Source of the DNA: Octopus sinensis
Taxonomy: Eukaryota
Direction: 5' to 3'
NCBI RefSeq assembly: GCF_006345805.1
Contig: NC_043022.1
Coordinates: 6,634,001 to 6,698,000 of the forward strand
Length of the DNA: 64,000 bases
Below the pieces are notes generated by a model that worked only from the letters and a program-made list of their open reading frames with translations, did not search any database and was not told the DNA's origin. Position numbers and translations under genes: made by a program. This document shows positions 61,019 to 64,000 of this stretch, piece after piece. Within the stretch, counting starts at the first letter, position 1. Every line of letters starts with the position of its first letter.

Positions 61019-61996
61019 GCCAATTATATCAACCTCAGTGTGTAACTGTAACTTATTTGATTGACCCCAAAAGGATGAAAGGCAAAGTCGACCTCAGTGA
61101 AATCTGAACTCAGAATGTAGCAGCAGAAGAAATACTGTTAAGCATTTCGCCTGGCGTGCTAATGATTCTTCCAGCTCGCCAGCTTCTTTCAGTTTCTGTT
61201 TATCAAATCCTTCCACAAGGCTTTAGTCAGCCTGAGGCTATAGTAGAAGACACTTGCCCAAGGTGTCATGCAGTGGGACTGAAACAGGAACCATGTGGTT
61301 GGGAAGCAAGCTTCTTACCACATAGCCACTTCTGTGCCTATTCTTACCGCCCAGCTGGTTTTAGAACACCTACAATGCTAGATGTTCTATATATATACCA
61401 GCCACGTGTATTTTCATTACTGGTGACTTCAACTACCCTGAAATTGAATGGGAAACTTTTTGTTGGTAATAACACTTTGGACCTGCTCTTTACTACCATT
61501 CCTAGAACTGTTATCACTGTTGTGACAAAGGAACCTCTAAGTAACTCCACTCGTGCTATGATCATTGCCAATCTGTTTCTTGTAGGCAGAAACAAGAAGC
61601 ACCACCACCTTCAAACCACTCGCTTTGACTGGAACTGTTACCGTAAGGAGTTATGACACCTAAACTGGTAAGAATAGGCACAGAAGTGGCTATGTGGAAA
61701 GAAGCTTGCTTCCCAACCACATGGTTCCTGTTTCAGTCCCACTGCATGACACCTTGGGCAAGTGTCTTCTACTATAGCCTCAGGCTGACTAAAGCCTTGT
61801 GGAAGGATTTGATAAACAGAAACTGAAAGAAGCTGGCAAGCTGGAAGAATCATTAGCACGCCAGGCGAAATGCTTAACAGTATTTCTTCTGCTGCTACAT
61901 TCTGAGTTCAGATTTCACTGAGGTCGACTTTGCCTTTCATCCTTTCGGGGTCAATCAAATAAGTTACAGTTACACACTGAGGTTGATATAATTGGC
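61019..61996. repeat. 330-bp inverted duplication of a two-SINE composite
   Basis: arms 61019-61348 and 61667-61996, ~3 mismatches, shared SINE-SINE junction. Confidence 0.9.
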
Positions 61997-63590
61997 TGGA
62001 AAGATATCAATACTGTTTTTCAAAATATCTTCAGTGCAATCTGGACTGCATGTAAAGCATCAGTACTGTGCAAATGCTCTAGAAATAAAAACAATGTAAT
62101 TTGGGAGACTGCAGCAGTTTGACTTGCCAGGAAAGATCGTTGTGATGCTGAACAGAAATACAGACAGCATAGAACAGATGAGAGCAGAAGAAGATGCAAC
62201 AGATCATCTAACCGACTCAAGCAAGCAACGAAAAAGGCAGTGCTTGAGTTTGAACGATGTATAGCAACTAGCAACTAGCCCTGACAGCAAAGTGTTCTGA
62301 AAATATGTGCATTCAAAACAGAATTCTCACTCCCTAACTGGCCCTCTTCATGATCCCCACACAGGTTAGATGACTGATGACACCAAGGAATGCACTGAGC
62401 TTATTGCTGAATGCTATGCTGGCATTTTTACTGCTGATAACCCCAATGTATCTTCTTCACCAACTCTGACATCAAATTCCATAACATCTGTGAAATTCAC
62501 ACCCACAATACTGTGACACCACCTCAAGAATAAGCGCAACTATGCCTCTCCTGGTCTTGATGGTGTAACTTATTTTCTTCTCAAATGTGGTGGGTTCTTT
62601 CTATTGCACCAGCTTTCTTCCTTTTGTCAATTCTGCCTTAACAACTGTCTCACTTCAGAGCACTGGAAAATTGCCAGTGTTATTCCCCTGTTCAAAACAG
62701 GTGATCGCACATCACCTGTCAACTACTGTCCAGTCAACCTTACTAGCTGCATCGCCAAACTGATGGAGTCCTGTGTCAGGGAAACACTCTGGAACTTTTG
62801 GTGCTCTCACAGCCTTATTTAGCCCTCACAATTTGGTTTTATCTCCTGTAGTCGAGTTTCTTGAGGACATAACCTGAGTTATTGATGGTGGCTCATTGGT
62901 GGATACTGTCTACCCTGATTTTGCTAAAGCCTTCAACTCTGTACCACACAAATGACTCATGGTAAAACTCCCTGCAGTGAGTGTGAAGGATGATCTCTAT
63001 AACTGGCTGAAGTCCTTCATTCTTGGCCGGAAAGATGTAGTTACGGTTCTAGGACATCGTTCTTCACCCTACGATATTACTTCTGGTGTACCACAGGGAT
63101 CTGTTCTTGAACCCTTACTGTTGGTTGCATATATTAATGATCTAGATGCCAATTTGAGGAATGTTTCAGTGCTGAAATATGCAGATGGCACCAAGCTGTA
63201 CCTTGAAATAAAAAGAACAGATCCTATCCTGCAATCAGACCTGGATACAATGCAGTAGTGGACCTCTGACTGGCAACTCAAGCTAGCTGTAGACAAGTGT
63301 GTCACCATGCATTTTGGGAGGAAAAATCCATCCTTTACATACTCCCTCAGCAACACCAATCTCAAGAAGTCTTCTAGTGGACATGATCTGGGTATTATTG
63401 TAAACAACAATCAGCATTGGACAAACCACATATCTAAGATTGTCAAAAAGGCTGAGGGGGTGCTAGCTTCACTCAGTAAGACCTTTGTCAGCCACTCTCC
63501 AGCTATCTATTTAAAATTGTATACGACAATGGTATGTCCACACTTGGAATTTGCATCAATAGTCTGGAACCCCTCTCTTGCTCAGATTCC
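61350..63590 (+). mobile_element. degenerate CR1/L2-type LINE (APE fragment 61350-61640, RT 62000-63590)
   Basis: ITGDFNYPEIEW-like and NTLDLLFT (APE); SGVPQGSVLEPLL, KYADGTKL, CPHLEFASIVWNP (RT). Confidence 0.85.
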
Positions 63591-64000
63591 CAGTTTATCT
63601 TTTTACTTTCCATTCTTTTCTTTCCTTCCCTCTACCCCATCTCTCTATCCTTCTCCTGAGCCTTCTCATTGTACCTTTGGAACACAAGTACCACTATATT
63701 CTTTTTTTTGTCATGTAGTGTCCCACATTTTGAAATACTTGCAATTTGTATTTTTACTGCTTATGTTAGCTCTGCTTGATACATTTCCAAAATTAAACAT
63801 TTTAATATGCAAAATATACTTCACATTATTACATATACTATGCATTAATGCAAAAAAATATTGTGTTTATTGGCTATCTTCAAAATGATCACACCATCAA
63901 TGGAAAATTTCAATGCCAACTTCCTAAGGCAGTTATGAAAGGCTATATCAAAACTAAACACCCAGAAAAACTGATGAATGGGGTCTTGTTTCATTAGGAC

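Overview
AT-rich, microsatellite- and SINE-saturated animal genomic DNA; the repeat families and composition point to an octopus (cephalopod) genome (inference, no database check). Two intact spliced genes: (1) a minus-strand ~400-aa gene (ATG 13551, exons down to ~1798) whose N-terminal atypical bHLH and following segment match vertebrate STRA8, the meiotic-entry factor usually described as vertebrate-specific; (2) a two-exon group I nucleoside diphosphate kinase (40141-46627, +, 149 aa) with a TATA + TCT/5'TOP-like core promoter. A third, unidentified multi-exon gene survives as a decayed minus-strand pseudogene (~49.1-57.0 kb). The rest is repeats: three tRNA-derived SINE families, RTE and CR1/L2-type LINE fragments, a truncated Gypsy element and an unrelated solo LTR, non-autonomous Helitrons, pogo-, piggyBac- and Merlin-like MITEs, Penelope-like remnants with hammerhead-ribozyme-like folds (all with a CCGANGA core variant), a ~307-bp dimeric satellite, and several recent inverted or tandem duplications. 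All assignments were made by eye. Protein-family calls rest on remembered motifs and need database confirmation; repeat boundaries are approximate unless TSDs or TIRs are quoted.
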